Shown in pieces: positions 29,001 to 37,130 of a stretch of 64,000 nt of DNA; position 1 is the stretch's first letter; every line of letters begins with the position of its first letter. The notes below the pieces were generated by a model, which did no database searches, was not told where the DNA came from, and saw nothing but the letters and a program-made list of their open reading frames with translations. The stretch lies in IMG/VR virus record IMGVR_UViG_3300048503_000021, positions 32,254-96,253 of that record; one strand, 5' to 3'. Position numbers and translations under genes: made by a program. The DNA comes from a virus. Lineage: Duplodnaviria; Caudoviricetes.

Positions 29001-31706
29001 GCCGAAGTTGTCAAGCGTGGTGGCACGCCGACCTACTGGAACGCGATGACGATGTTCCAGGCGCACTATGCCGATGCCCTGAGATTCGTTACCACGCGGC
29101 GCATGTGGAAGGATGGTATCGAGAGCGGCAGGATTAGGTTCGTCAAGAGGGGCATGAAGCCGCTGGATGGGTTCAAGCGCATCGACGACGCCATCGCTAA
29201 GGTCAACATCCCAGTCAAAACATCTCGTTCTATTGACGACGCAACACAGCGGGTTAAGGACGGGGTAGCCTCGGACATGAACGAGGCGATGCAGCAAATC
29301 ATTGACGAGCATCGACAGCGGGGCAGCGTTATCACCGCAACTCAGGTCATGGCCCCTGTGGGAGAGTGGTACGTCGAAGAGGGCCTAGCGCGGTTGCTCA
29401 ACAACCTCCAGTCTCGCGACCGAATCAGGGAATACGCTTTGGGCCGGGGGCTTTCCAGGATTAAGAATGGGTACACCGGCATAGAGCTTGGGGTCAGCCC
29501 CTTCCACTTCGTTTTCGAGTCGATTGAAGCGATGGGCTCGATGTTTGCGCTTGCTTTTCGAGAAGCATATCTTGGCGTTGGGAAGATGACCTTTGAGCGT
29601 AACCGGCCAGGGTCAACGAGCCTTGGAAAGCGCCTCATGTGGCAAAGCCTGAAGGATCTGACCGGCGCTTTACCCAGCGCTACTCCAGGATTTCGCTTCG
29701 GCAAGGTCAGCGCAGCCCCGCTTGTGCATGAGTTTTCTATCGAGCAATTGGGCGCTTCGGCCAAACTACTCTACGGACAGGCTGGGAAGCCGTATCTGGA
29801 AACTGAGCAGCTAAAGGACGCCATCGCTGGGTACAATAAGTCCTTGGAATTCATGCGGCCCAGCAACCCGCGCTACAACGATTTGATCTCACAGCGGGCG
29901 TCGGCAGAGGCTCAACTCGCAGCAGCGCAGGGCGATTACAACGAAGCGTTAAAGAAGTTCGCCTCTGGCAAGGTGGGGCAGCGATTCCTGGAGCGCTATC
30001 CTGACGCCGCACCTCTGATCCACGATTACTTCCAGGCTGGCGGCAAGCCGCACATGGATGAGCGCTTCAGATTGAGGGCGACGGAAAACTTCAGAACTGC
30101 CTACAAGAATGCGGTTGCCGATCATAGGGAGCTTGCGGCGGCGGGCAACGCATTACTGGCAATCAACGAAGCGATGCTCGCGCCTCTATTTGAGACCTTC
30201 ATCCCCAACTTGAAACTGGGTATATTCCTGAAGGAATACTCTTTTGCTAAGGTTGAGAACGAACGCAAATTAGAGAGGGTTGAAAACCTCCGTAAAGGCA
30301 TTGACCGCATCCAATACGAGATTGCTCAGTTGAACGACGAGCGTAGGCGCACTCCCGCTTCGCATCCTCCAGGCGTGCCTGTTGACCCGGCGCGAATGGC
30401 TAAGATTCAAGGCATAGAGGACAGGCTGAGGGCCAAGACCGAACAACTGAACAAGACACAAATAGAGCACGACGCGATGCAAGCGCAGCGCGGATACAGC
30501 CTTGAACAGATTGCCAGAGAAACAAACGATTTCGTAGAAGATCGCTTTGGCGAGATGAACTTCGACAACCTATTCTGGAACAACACGATCAAGACGTGTC
30601 TTCAGTTGGCATTCCGGTCTGTTACTTGGAAACTTGGGAATGCGAGGGCGACCGGAAAGGGTGTTCGTGGTGGCTGGAGAACCATGCGTGATTTCTATAA
30701 GGCTCTCCCTGGACTTGCCTCAGGTACAGGAGAAGCCCCCGCCCTTGAGGCGCACTTTTCTTGGCTCTTCACAACAATGATGCTGGCCGTCACAGTGTCT
30801 GCCATCCTCTCTAAGATGATGGGGCATCAATCCTTTAAGGACACCTTCCGCAAGCTCGCAGAAGGCGACTGGACCGAAGCCGTGTATTTCCATTCGGACG
30901 AAGTTGGAGGGCGTAATTCCTTCGCCTCTTATGCGAGGGATTGGGTCCACTTAGCCCGCAGTATTGGAGGGTACATATCCTCTTCTTATGCTGGCGACAT
31001 CGGCAGGTTTATGGACTTGTTACGGGGTGGAATCGGGAAGGGAGGGAAGGACTTCTACGGCACGGAGGTCTATCACCCAGCCGACCCGTGGTACGAGCAG
31101 GCGAAGGATATTGCCGGGCACATGATCCCGATGCCTTTTGCGGCGCAGTCTTTCTTTAAGTCTAGGGAACAGGGGCAACCCCTATCCTCGCAAGTGCTGG
31201 GGCTTCTGGGGTTCACCAAGGCCCCTACGGACATCACCGACTCTCCCGCTGTGCGTGCAGCCAAAGAAGCGGCGGCAGAGACCGTATCTGTAGGCGCTCG
31301 TACCAAAGAGCAATTCGAGAAAACTAAAGACAAGAGCCAGTTGATGAACAAGCTGAAGCGGGGTGAGGATGTCTACGATCAGGCCATGGACCTAGTAGGT
31401 AAAGGTAAGCTCACTGTCAAGGACCTGGAAGACGTGGCTAAGCAGTACCGAACTCCTCCTCTGACCAGGGCGATCCAGCGCATCACCGACCCAGATAAAC
31501 TGTTAGAAGTTTGGGAGAAAGCGACGAACGAAGAGAAGGCTGAGATTCAGAGCCTCCTACTTAACAAGCTAGGCTCTGTTGTTCGTAACCGGCCAGGACA
31601 GTGGACGCCAAGAATTGAGCAACGAGTCGCTAAAGATGAAGTCGAAACCTGGAGACCGCCGCAGCAGATACGTACAGCACCCCCGCCAGGGGTGGAAGGA
31701 TACTAG
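23046..31706 (+). CDS. giant polyvalent virion/ejection protein with DdrB-like ParB domain
   Basis: 2886 aa; N-terminal DVFAEYGG/DIFAEYGG repeats; Pro/Ala/Lys/Glu linkers; PSHDP…RDY…FDPDYL…GPSIIDPDGNVLGGNNRRM at ~26.8-27.3 kb. Confidence 0.8.
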   Translation: MPSDVFAEYGGALVTAPPDAKTDIFAEYGGKSVSTPKPNLAAASAEAERAAVTHMGPVTPPGEEKRPLSTVPGAEKTGLPGVPLVGTYRPIIPMGVPQPQVPYGLQSPEEQAKSAPQFTNPRTGAKSPRVPPGQEGGPVSWMTDMPITGAQRVVAGVEGLGKPAEAFATPDKPGGYGNKLTPELRKQASAAGTEIITGGLEVATPFMIAGAAVAPVTALKAVGLYAGTEYATRKGLESAGVAPEHARFFGQVAGLASGSIPIGLKIIDARLEAHNEIAEKLFQEEAEGGQRIEKMRDVIAQSPEIAKPIPVSIGGKPHEIRFLDVGKNGRLSREVIDLKTGKRVYAGYDKAVSGWLHIHADAEQGPVVKLTVKDATGKVIEEGLITPEQADFAKDLVASKAPDHTVTIEPVEQAPKPAAEAATTEPPVTSKKGGSERVTPEGQQPGKEVIQPSSAEAPAPKTEAGATAPTADFKPGQVWNLNGGAYAVTSIEADESGKPIVKYDFTGPKGNKNPNQKIPLAAFTSMMSKGKLQGAAEGTAAPPAAAEPPAKAEAAKPVEMPSEAKAEPIKPPLKPKPAPKPVESASRQAPPADAAKSESTPAKVAGVISRESNNLPNKAPPEVATPKAVTEPPAPKLDPEELPAMKRLRAAGQAISDTELTQLQLPKAKVILAKLKQVGEAALAEADKQTDPSAAAELRRVAAETDKRAESIRNRAKVLEQEQAAKAAPKATPAPPTTQNAPSNEAKKQEVAADNLTEGNELSSASVKPAQIIPKDIPPVTRAKAADFKVDSAKPEDLVASQDFQKWAGDPNQKRSFRDTYGDAIRIADQIRDAIKSGRPAATIEAQREALREALEEIGVKAEAKPTDLISIPARSKSRDTDKGYEQWAKDVHNLSLSTYRDKTPFAPSDLTKLTDTQLEDLKSAVDEAASWHPKVQPGRDLVFTSPEQAASMKWWDKQRDDIKKEFWRRGEPAREAEKQANKVAADKKDQEAFERATTVRPKNPTLKDVDAQRDKDIPEGYRVSGYSGGQRLLTQAGQFSVYQTFDTREWGWYDEKVGPSKKVKERYQEGVKSPITQKYIDDETAYIYGPWAKERKVATAPPPAQATVPPPSAVDKELPAAKKNTVEPSVERYEELQKEVRAIQKNPVYAEDTHEGMQLRDRALELEDEMLLHRKVAIAKYQADIDREKAEREAKAKKAEPPAVKKAEHKPAPAAEKPLETKEEKKQTKAEEKPDEQPKRSDDRAVGEGPKVSGTRKPSVRPIAGEGTKIRVPGRDRAYAAVYSVRELSDTYPSHDPFSFERNADYHHLNDRDYTDPVAQTRVIVNSGAKFDPDYLITDDPTATNGPSIIDPDGNVLGGNNRRMTLERVYAQNPKGAAAYRALLVKKAAVFGLDPKAIEGIKKPILVRELKDADVKPQRAITDLNKGTTAALSQGERATADARSMTAETASHIASVLESVGPDVNLNDVLSSKYGPVLINRLIREGIFTEEERPALLDDKNGTVTKEAKNRTAKMLLGDLFTDNQQFERAEPSLRNKLERTVVWLKKVERVPRWGLTKDVRDAISLIEHERDEKEYQEAHGFKAGGFLAENQADMFGGAGERPQVSEKAERIAEFIKGNSQKSIAQAFKSYAADAAKSYAADAAKAEELFAERAQEMPTGKAPGEAFDDSFGAAKKEPEPSAKADTGPIKTQAPPQAAAEPESASRQTAPPPGAGSVTLGGGLGALDPYVEEAIDVAKKYTPLVMSHLAELPPVQGAAETMKLARQAFDPRHNVSFGALNSVMKRNGSMVEFNWILQQLGDRWRSLFDAMPARMQVGFVDAIRHGRKQKAQLPARSSLFGKREAQDISAPLQEAADFFRGVDDDLYHSLQEVGVNPEYLENHYRTLWKVIPSFGEPSDKRGFKGVTKQRLEGTKGMLKKHVFEDMSEGLRWDFSALTEEEVHAAMQKAGIRPDGYKVEQGVDNLEVTPFSDKAIDALNKLEKSGAEVVKRGGTPTYWNAMTMFQAHYADALRFVTTRRMWKDGIESGRIRFVKRGMKPLDGFKRIDDAIAKVNIPVKTSRSIDDATQRVKDGVASDMNEAMQQIIDEHRQRGSVITATQVMAPVGEWYVEEGLARLLNNLQSRDRIREYALGRGLSRIKNGYTGIELGVSPFHFVFESIEAMGSMFALAFREAYLGVGKMTFERNRPGSTSLGKRLMWQSLKDLTGALPSATPGFRFGKVSAAPLVHEFSIEQLGASAKLLYGQAGKPYLETEQLKDAIAGYNKSLEFMRPSNPRYNDLISQRASAEAQLAAAQGDYNEALKKFASGKVGQRFLERYPDAAPLIHDYFQAGGKPHMDERFRLRATENFRTAYKNAVADHRELAAAGNALLAINEAMLAPLFETFIPNLKLGIFLKEYSFAKVENERKLERVENLRKGIDRIQYEIAQLNDERRRTPASHPPGVPVDPARMAKIQGIEDRLRAKTEQLNKTQIEHDAMQAQRGYSLEQIARETNDFVEDRFGEMNFDNLFWNNTIKTCLQLAFRSVTWKLGNARATGKGVRGGWRTMRDFYKALPGLASGTGEAPALEAHFSWLFTTMMLAVTVSAILSKMMGHQSFKDTFRKLAEGDWTEAVYFHSDEVGGRNSFASYARDWVHLARSIGGYISSSYAGDIGRFMDLLRGGIGKGGKDFYGTEVYHPADPWYEQAKDIAGHMIPMPFAAQSFFKSREQGQPLSSQVLGLLGFTKAPTDITDSPAVRAAKEAAAETVSVGARTKEQFEKTKDKSQLMNKLKRGEDVYDQAMDLVGKGKLTVKDLEDVAKQYRTPPLTRAIQRITDPDKLLEVWEKATNEEKAEIQSLLLNKLGSVVRNRPGQWTPRIEQRVAKDEVETWRPPQQIRTAPPPGVEGY
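24794..24807 (+). promoter_or_regulatory. GTCTNNATCCAGAC motif, site 4 (intragenic)
   Basis: GTCTGCATCCAGAC. Confidence 0.7.
27933..27980 (+). repeat. exact 24-bp tandem duplication (KSYAADAA x2)
   Basis: AAGTCCTATGCTGCGGATGCGGCC twice, in frame. Confidence 0.9.
28154..28167 (+). promoter_or_regulatory. GTCTNNATCCAGAC motif, site 5 (intragenic)
   Basis: GTCTGCATCCAGAC. Confidence 0.7.
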
Positions 31707-31709
31707 GGC

Positions 31710-31925
31710 TTAAGACCTTTTCTTCTTGTCCCGGCCTTCTATAAACTGGTTGATGTCTGCAATCAGCCCAACCTGATCGGGGGATGCCTGAATTGTTTTT
31801 GTCAATTCAGCCATAGAGCGCTGTATCTCTGCGTCTAGCTTGTCGAACTTCTTGCCCAATCTAACAGATCGCCGAAAAAGCCAATCTGGAATCTCTGGGG
31901 ATGGGTTGTACCCAATGCCACTCAT
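31710..31925 (-). CDS. hypothetical protein
   Basis: GGAGG RBS before MSGIGY; overlaps the upstream stop; converges with the giant gene. Confidence 0.6.
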   Translation of the reverse strand: MSGIGYNPSPEIPDWLFRRSVRLGKKFDKLDAEIQRSMAELTKTIQASPDQVGLIADINQFIEGRDKKKRS

Positions 31926-32299
31926 AGTTCCTCCGACGTTGCGGGTGAGCCCGGCGATGGCTGCTGGGGTGACGGATCGGCTTTGGTCGATTGAGGATCT
32001 GATACGTCTAGCGTTTTGATGGGCAGATCGTCCAGGTAATCCAGTATGGCTTGAATCCATACTTCTGGCTTTTCGCAAAATTCAACCGTTTTTATGCAGG
32101 TATCCATATTAAACAAAGAGTTTGACCTACAACTGGCTGGGCTGAAGAATGTTTTGCATCCAAGGATGCTAGGGTTGTCGGTTTCCAGAGAAGCCGCCTC
32201 TGCTGCTACTTTTTTCTTATAGGCGGAGACCATATCCTGTATGATTTCATCTCTGATTTCGCCGATGCGTTCACTTGGCTTCAACACTTTTTGTTCCAT
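31922..32299 (-). CDS. hypothetical protein
   Basis: ORF with an AAAGGGG RBS, in an AT-richer block. Confidence 0.55.
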   Translation of the reverse strand: MEQKVLKPSERIGEIRDEIIQDMVSAYKKKVAAEAASLETDNPSILGCKTFFSPASCRSNSLFNMDTCIKTVEFCEKPEVWIQAILDYLDDLPIKTLDVSDPQSTKADPSPQQPSPGSPATSEEL

Positions 32300-32333
32300 G
32301 ATTTTACCCCTTTCCACTTATTCAGACATGGCG

Positions 32334-33202
32334 TTTACAGTAGAGCTTCTAGTAATGGCTTGAGAAGCAACTCGCAGATTTCTCCCACATTGCAATAGTA
32401 GCCCCCCTTAAAAGTGAAGAAATGCGTGTTCATCACGTTTCCGCCTAACAGGAACACTATATCGTGATAAATTGATTCCCAGTCTGCGGTTGTAGATTTT
32501 TTTTGTCTTGCAATCGCACACCAGCGCTAAGCTGGTTAATGTAGCTGCGAACTCCACGAGCGGGAAAGAGAGATTCTCAATTTTGATTCCACGCCCAGGA
32601 TCAACGGTATATCTCATCATGTTATCGGTTTTGGTATTAAACCGACCTATTTTTTCCTTAAGGTCTTGGGCTAGTATAGTAAAAAACTGAGGGGCAAGTT
32701 TTTCACTCAGTCTCAAAACTTGGGCGTCATCCTGCTTAGTTTCGTTTTGTTTCTTGATTTTCGATGCGACTTCATCAACGCAGTCGGCTAATGGGACACT
32801 GCCTAAAGCCACCCTATTGTCAATCACTTTGCTCTTGTACTGTTGCTTTCTGCCCTCCCAGTACTTATCCGTCTCTTGCTTTTGTTTGTCGATGGCGGCT
32901 AGCCGTTCTGCTAGTTTTTTATCCTCTTCTTCCCAGTGATCGCGTAACTCCCCCTTTAGGGCCATTGCTTGATCGTGCCCTATACTATAAGAAATGCCGT
33001 TTACCCAAACCATGCCACCATCCCTCTCTTCTTTGGGATCTCGCGGTTTATGGTTTAAGCACTCAATCGCATCGATTTTCTCAACACGAATTGATAATCG
33101 TCTATCTAGATCAGTCTGTAGATTAGCCCATGCCGGTCCTGAATTGTACCATGCAATTTGCACGTGTTTCTCCATTTCCTCAATCTCCTTACTTAATCCC
33201 AA
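32334..33202 (-). CDS. hypothetical protein, apparently frameshifted at an A8 tract
   Basis: The track ORF ends at 32408. Removing one base of T8 (32497-32504) gives a plausible C-terminus …STTADWESIYHDIVFLL…LLKPLLEALL*. Confidence 0.5.
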
Positions 33203-33270
33203 TACTTTTCGTAATACCCAATCTGGGATTTATTTGTCTGAAATGTATCTAGGGCCACTCAAGATGCCTC

Positions 33271-33495
33271 CTAAACTTCGGGCTTCTTGTCCGTAGCGTC
33301 GTCCTGCGGTTTTCTTATAACCAGTTGCCCCGTAAATGGCGTGACCCGCCAAGGCACAAATGCCATCATGTTGTTAAGAGCCGCCTGCCTCTTACGGCAA
33401 GCGGAGCAGGGGGTAATGCCTATCGCTTTCGTAAACTTAGCGACAAGATCCCCTGCCCCGATGGACTTGGTTAGCCCTTTGATCCTGAAGTTCAT
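33271..33495 (-). CDS. small phage protein with CxxC
   Basis: GAGDLVAKFTKAIGITPCSACRKRQAALN, a recurrent phage motif. Confidence 0.65.
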   Translation of the reverse strand: MNFRIKGLTKSIGAGDLVAKFTKAIGITPCSACRKRQAALNNMMAFVPWRVTPFTGQLVIRKPQDDATDKKPEV

Positions 33496-34484
33496 CAAAT
33501 GATAGTTACCGCCGTTCCACACTTCGGACAGAATGGAGAATTCGCCTTAACTGCTTTGCCGCAGGTTGAGCACTTGGCCTTGTCGCCGACCGTGAGTGGC
33601 TTCGCGACGTGCTTTCCACCAGATTGCCCTCTCAGATGGAGTACGAGGCATTCACTTTGGGCTTCCAGAGGGAACCCCCAGATATCATGGAACGTCTGCT
33701 TGCTCTCGGAGCCCGGTACGGTGATACCAGGGGCGGAAGCTGACTCACTTAGGGAGCTTGTCGCACAGGCCGATGGGCCGCTAGGCCGCTGCGAACGCCC
33801 TCCTGACGTTGATACGTTTGCCGTGTTCATCGCCATGCACTGAGACCCAACCTGCTCGCCCTGAAGGCTGTTCTGAATGTTGCCCAAGGTGTATGAGATA
33901 TTCTCACTCGGGCTGTTGCTGTTAGACGAAGCCGTCCAAGTGAGCCACGGCTTGTAGGGAGTGTAGGGAGGATCGTAGGGGCGAACCCAAGGGTAAGGTG
34001 GGTAGTACCAAGGAGGGTCTGGATAGTGATGGTAGTGGTGGACTGGCTCCGGCGCTGGCACGGGCACCTGCTCCGTCCAGTATTCAACCCGCACTAGCCC
34101 GTCATCCACTTTCACACCACGATGGGCCTCAATCCCTTCTGTTCTTTTTATGAACTTGAAGCGATTTCCCGCTTGCAAGTTCCCGTTCCGAATGTACCGC
34201 TCCAGTTCCAGGGAGGCGTTCGGCCCGATGATAAAGCGTCGGCCCTGCGAGGTGTCCTCCCCGTCTATGGACACAGACGCCATGATGCGAACGGTTTTCA
34301 GGTTTTTGAGTAGGATCGAGTACTCGGAGCCGAACGGCAGAAACACAGTGCCATCGACTTCACGAAGAACTTTCCCGTTTGTTTTGATTACGGCGACTAC
34401 GCCGAGTTGGTAGGTCATCACGTCTTCCTTAAACAGCCCCGTGGCTACGGGCTCATTACTAAACGCCACTGTGATTTCGGACAC
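33495..34484 (-). CDS. conserved phage hypothetical protein with C-terminal zinc ribbon
   Basis: LPFGSEYSILLKNL…VSIDG; Pro/Tyr-rich middle; CSTC…CPKCG. Confidence 0.75.
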   Translation of the reverse strand: MSEITVAFSNEPVATGLFKEDVMTYQLGVVAVIKTNGKVLREVDGTVFLPFGSEYSILLKNLKTVRIMASVSIDGEDTSQGRRFIIGPNASLELERYIRNGNLQAGNRFKFIKRTEGIEAHRGVKVDDGLVRVEYWTEQVPVPAPEPVHHYHHYPDPPWYYPPYPWVRPYDPPYTPYKPWLTWTASSNSNSPSENISYTLGNIQNSLQGEQVGSQCMAMNTANVSTSGGRSQRPSGPSACATSSLSESASAPGITVPGSESKQTFHDIWGFPLEAQSECLVLHLRGQSGGKHVAKPLTVGDKAKCSTCGKAVKANSPFCPKCGTAVTII

Positions 34485-34488
34485 CTAA

Positions 34489-34538
34489 ATTATTATCCTA
34501 TTGGGCTCGCGTGTCAAGCCCCTTGTCTGGATACAGAC
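34489..34538 (-). promoter_or_regulatory. sigma70-type promoter (TTGACA-17-AATAAT) with motif site 6 just upstream
   Basis: TGTCAA at 34512-34517 on the + strand; GTCTGGATACAGAC at 34525-34538. Confidence 0.65.
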
Positions 34539-35176
34539 TTCAGTAAAAAGCAGAAGTACACGTCTTTGCCAGCAGGCACATCTACGTGGCAATCGAATGG
34601 GTCTACGACCTCCAACTCTGCCTTGTGAAACAAGCTCCACCACCCCTCTTGGCTGAAACAGGAATAGTGATTTGCGTTTCGGAAATGTTCACAGGGCGTG
34701 CTAGGGCTGGGGACTTCCACATAGAGGAACCCGTCAGGGGCAAGCTGATCTCTTAGGGCTTCCAGGAGGAAGAGGGGGATGGGGGAGTGCTCGACGATGT
34801 GTCGAGCCCAGACTAGGTTATATAGGCGTGGATCTGATTTCCATAGGGCGATACGGTGCACGTCCTCTTCTATGAAGAGGGTCAGCATTTCTTTGAACAT
34901 GCCAAACTTGCGAGACTCTAAGGGGATGTCGCCAATACGGGAAGTAACCCCGAGATAGCGGGAGTATCCTGCCTCTGCGAACATCTCTCGGGCAAAGCCG
35001 TTGGCGCAGCCTACGTCCAGGACAGACGTGCGCTGTTCTGAGGGAATGGATTTAAGCACCCGCTGGAAGACTTGCTGAGAGATTGAAACATGAAAGGCAA
35101 GGTTGTCGGGAGGTTCGGCGTAAGCGGTCTTGCCGCAACGGAGGACGAACTCAGCGAGTTTGGAAGCAAGGTTCAT
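34514..35176 (-). CDS. class I SAM-dependent methyltransferase
   Basis: VLDVGCANG motif I; HIVEH…L.P.G.LYVEVP. Confidence 0.85.
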   Translation of the reverse strand: MNLASKLAEFVLRCGKTAYAEPPDNLAFHVSISQQVFQRVLKSIPSEQRTSVLDVGCANGFAREMFAEAGYSRYLGVTSRIGDIPLESRKFGMFKEMLTLFIEEDVHRIALWKSDPRLYNLVWARHIVEHSPIPLFLLEALRDQLAPDGFLYVEVPSPSTPCEHFRNANHYSCFSQEGWWSLFHKAELEVVDPFDCHVDVPAGKDVYFCFLLKSVSRQGA

Positions 35177-36273
35177 TACGCCTCGCAGACGGCCAGCAGA
35201 TCCTTCGCGCACCGCTCCCAAGTCAAGTTAGCCTTGATAAACTCCATGCCCTTCCGGCCCATGATTGCCCTGTCGATGGAGCCGAGCTTGTAAGCCTGTT
35301 CGACAGCATCGACCACTTCTTCCAACTCCGGCTCAACCCAGCCATTCTCTACGGTAGGCCCGCCAATGCAAATGGCGTGATCCTCTAGAACCACGTCCGA
35401 GTGCCCGGTCCCATTGGTGGCGACGATAGGGATACCGCAGGCCATAGCCTCACACATAGGCATGTTGTTCCCGGCTTCCCCTCTGTTGGGGAACAGCCCA
35501 ATGTGCGCCTGCCGGTAGATCTGGGGCATCTTCCAGTTAGGCACCATGTCCACCAGCGTATAGCGGTCGGAGGAAATGCCATTGATGGTCAGGTTGGCTT
35601 GGATGCGATCCTTCCAAGTAGCGCCCATCGTTGGGATGTAGCGGATGTGCTTAGAAGCGCAGAGCGAATTCATGATTTCCAGCCATAGGTTACCCCACGC
35701 TGCGATCAGGTGCATGTCGGGGTACTTCTGGGAAAGGATCTTGTAGGCCGCGATTACGATGTCCGTCCCCTTGCGATGTTCGGCCTTGCCGCCGCTGAAG
35801 ATGTAGAACTTACCGTCGTTCTTCGGGCCTTCCCCTTCCTTGGGAGCAAACACGTCCGTATCAACCCCTTGGATGGCGACGGTCGGGTGCAGGCCAATCT
35901 CTTCCAGTTTCTCTCTGCACCACGTAGAGCCTGCGACGAGATGTTGGTAGTAGCGGTCCACATGGGGCACGTTGCGCTTTGCCTGCTCAGGGTACTCGGT
36001 GTAAACCCAGCCCACATTGCGCTTCCAGGACCAAGCGTTGGGGTTCACCGGCATGAAAGACACACCGCCCGTCGCCAGATGCAGCATAGGGTCATCGGAC
36101 GCATACGGCACTTCTGGGCTGAACTCTGGCGGGCAGTACTTCTCCATAGGATGCCCCGGCTGTACCTTAGCCAACATACGGATGTCCGTGAGGGAGGCCA
36201 TCGTGGGCACGAGGTTGTGCCCCATCACTCCTGCGCCCCAGGAATCGCCCACGACGAGGGACAGGTTAAGCAT
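35176..36273 (-). CDS. glycosyltransferase, GT4 family
   Basis: GVDTDVF, RKGTD, FPNRGEAGNNMPMCEAMACGIPIVAT. Confidence 0.9.
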   Translation of the reverse strand: MLNLSLVVGDSWGAGVMGHNLVPTMASLTDIRMLAKVQPGHPMEKYCPPEFSPEVPYASDDPMLHLATGGVSFMPVNPNAWSWKRNVGWVYTEYPEQAKRNVPHVDRYYQHLVAGSTWCREKLEEIGLHPTVAIQGVDTDVFAPKEGEGPKNDGKFYIFSGGKAEHRKGTDIVIAAYKILSQKYPDMHLIAAWGNLWLEIMNSLCASKHIRYIPTMGATWKDRIQANLTINGISSDRYTLVDMVPNWKMPQIYRQAHIGLFPNRGEAGNNMPMCEAMACGIPIVATNGTGHSDVVLEDHAICIGGPTVENGWVEPELEEVVDAVEQAYKLGSIDRAIMGRKGMEFIKANLTWERCAKDLLAVCEA

Positions 36274-36481
36274 TGGAAGCTCCTTTGCTGCATTTCTCAA
36301 GATGGTGCGCCGCCAGCCGCAACGCGATTATAGTGTGCGTGTACTTGCGGCCACTTCGAGCGTAGCCGGTGGCGAGTTGTTCAAGGTAATCAGCCACGAT
36401 CTGCAACGAGGCGGAGCGTATGTCCTGCATGGCCAGCAGGCGGCGCTGATAGAGAGATTCGGAAATGAGGCGGACCTTCAT
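36266..36481 (-). CDS. hypothetical protein
   Basis: Coupled small ORF. Confidence 0.55.
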   Translation of the reverse strand: MKVRLISESLYQRRLLAMQDIRSASLQIVADYLEQLATGYARSGRKYTHTIIALRLAAHHLEKCSKGASNA

Positions 36482-36682
36482 TTAGATTCCATCGCCTTCC
36501 GCGAATTCCTTGGGGATTAGCCCTTTAGCCATCAGCAGTTCCCGATCCCCCACTTGTTCGTTCCAGTGTGGGCCGTTAGTGTCGAATCCGGCCCCAGAAT
36601 AGGGACGCTCCATGAAGTACTTCACCTTCTGGTAGATCGGCTGATCTTTCCAGTATTCGTCCCAGGTGGCATATCCGAGCAT
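36482..36682 (-). CDS. hypothetical protein
   Basis: Coupled small ORF. Confidence 0.55.
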   Translation of the reverse strand: MLGYATWDEYWKDQPIYQKVKYFMERPYSGAGFDTNGPHWNEQVGDRELLMAKGLIPKEFAEGDGI

Positions 36683-36686
36683 GAGG

Positions 36687-37130
36687 TTAGCGCCAGGAAA
36701 TCATCAGCCCGCACTTGGTGCACTGAAAAAGCTTAGGCATGACCCTAGCTAATTCGTGGACGCAATCATTCAACCCGTGAGTGACCACGCAGTACTCGGT
36801 TAATTTCGAGACTATTTCCACTTCTTCCAAGTTTTCGTTGTATGGTTTCACAGTTGCCATGTCTTTTCCTAAAACACCTTGTTTCTTAGTCATCGAGGGC
36901 TTCGTGGGATCGTCTACTGGGTTTTCATTGATAGCGATACTTGCATTTGCCCACTGCACGCACTTCTGAAGGTCCGTCAGGGCCAAAGACTTCTCCCTTG
37001 ACTCAGGGCAGGCCCCGTCAATCAGGAAAGAAAATTCCTTGGCTGCTTCACGAATCTTGATATACCGTTCGGATTGATTCCCGACCGGGGCATGGTACGT
37101 GAAGACGTTCTCGATCTGCTCTTTAGTCAT
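36687..37130 (-). CDS. Acb2/Tad1-like helical-hairpin protein with C-terminal Cys/His extension
   Basis: FTYHAP…RY..IR..AK…CPESREKSLALT.L…WANASIA. Confidence 0.65.
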   Translation of the reverse strand: MTKEQIENVFTYHAPVGNQSERYIKIREAAKEFSFLIDGACPESREKSLALTDLQKCVQWANASIAINENPVDDPTKPSMTKKQGVLGKDMATVKPYNENLEEVEIVSKLTEYCVVTHGLNDCVHELARVMPKLFQCTKCGLMISWR

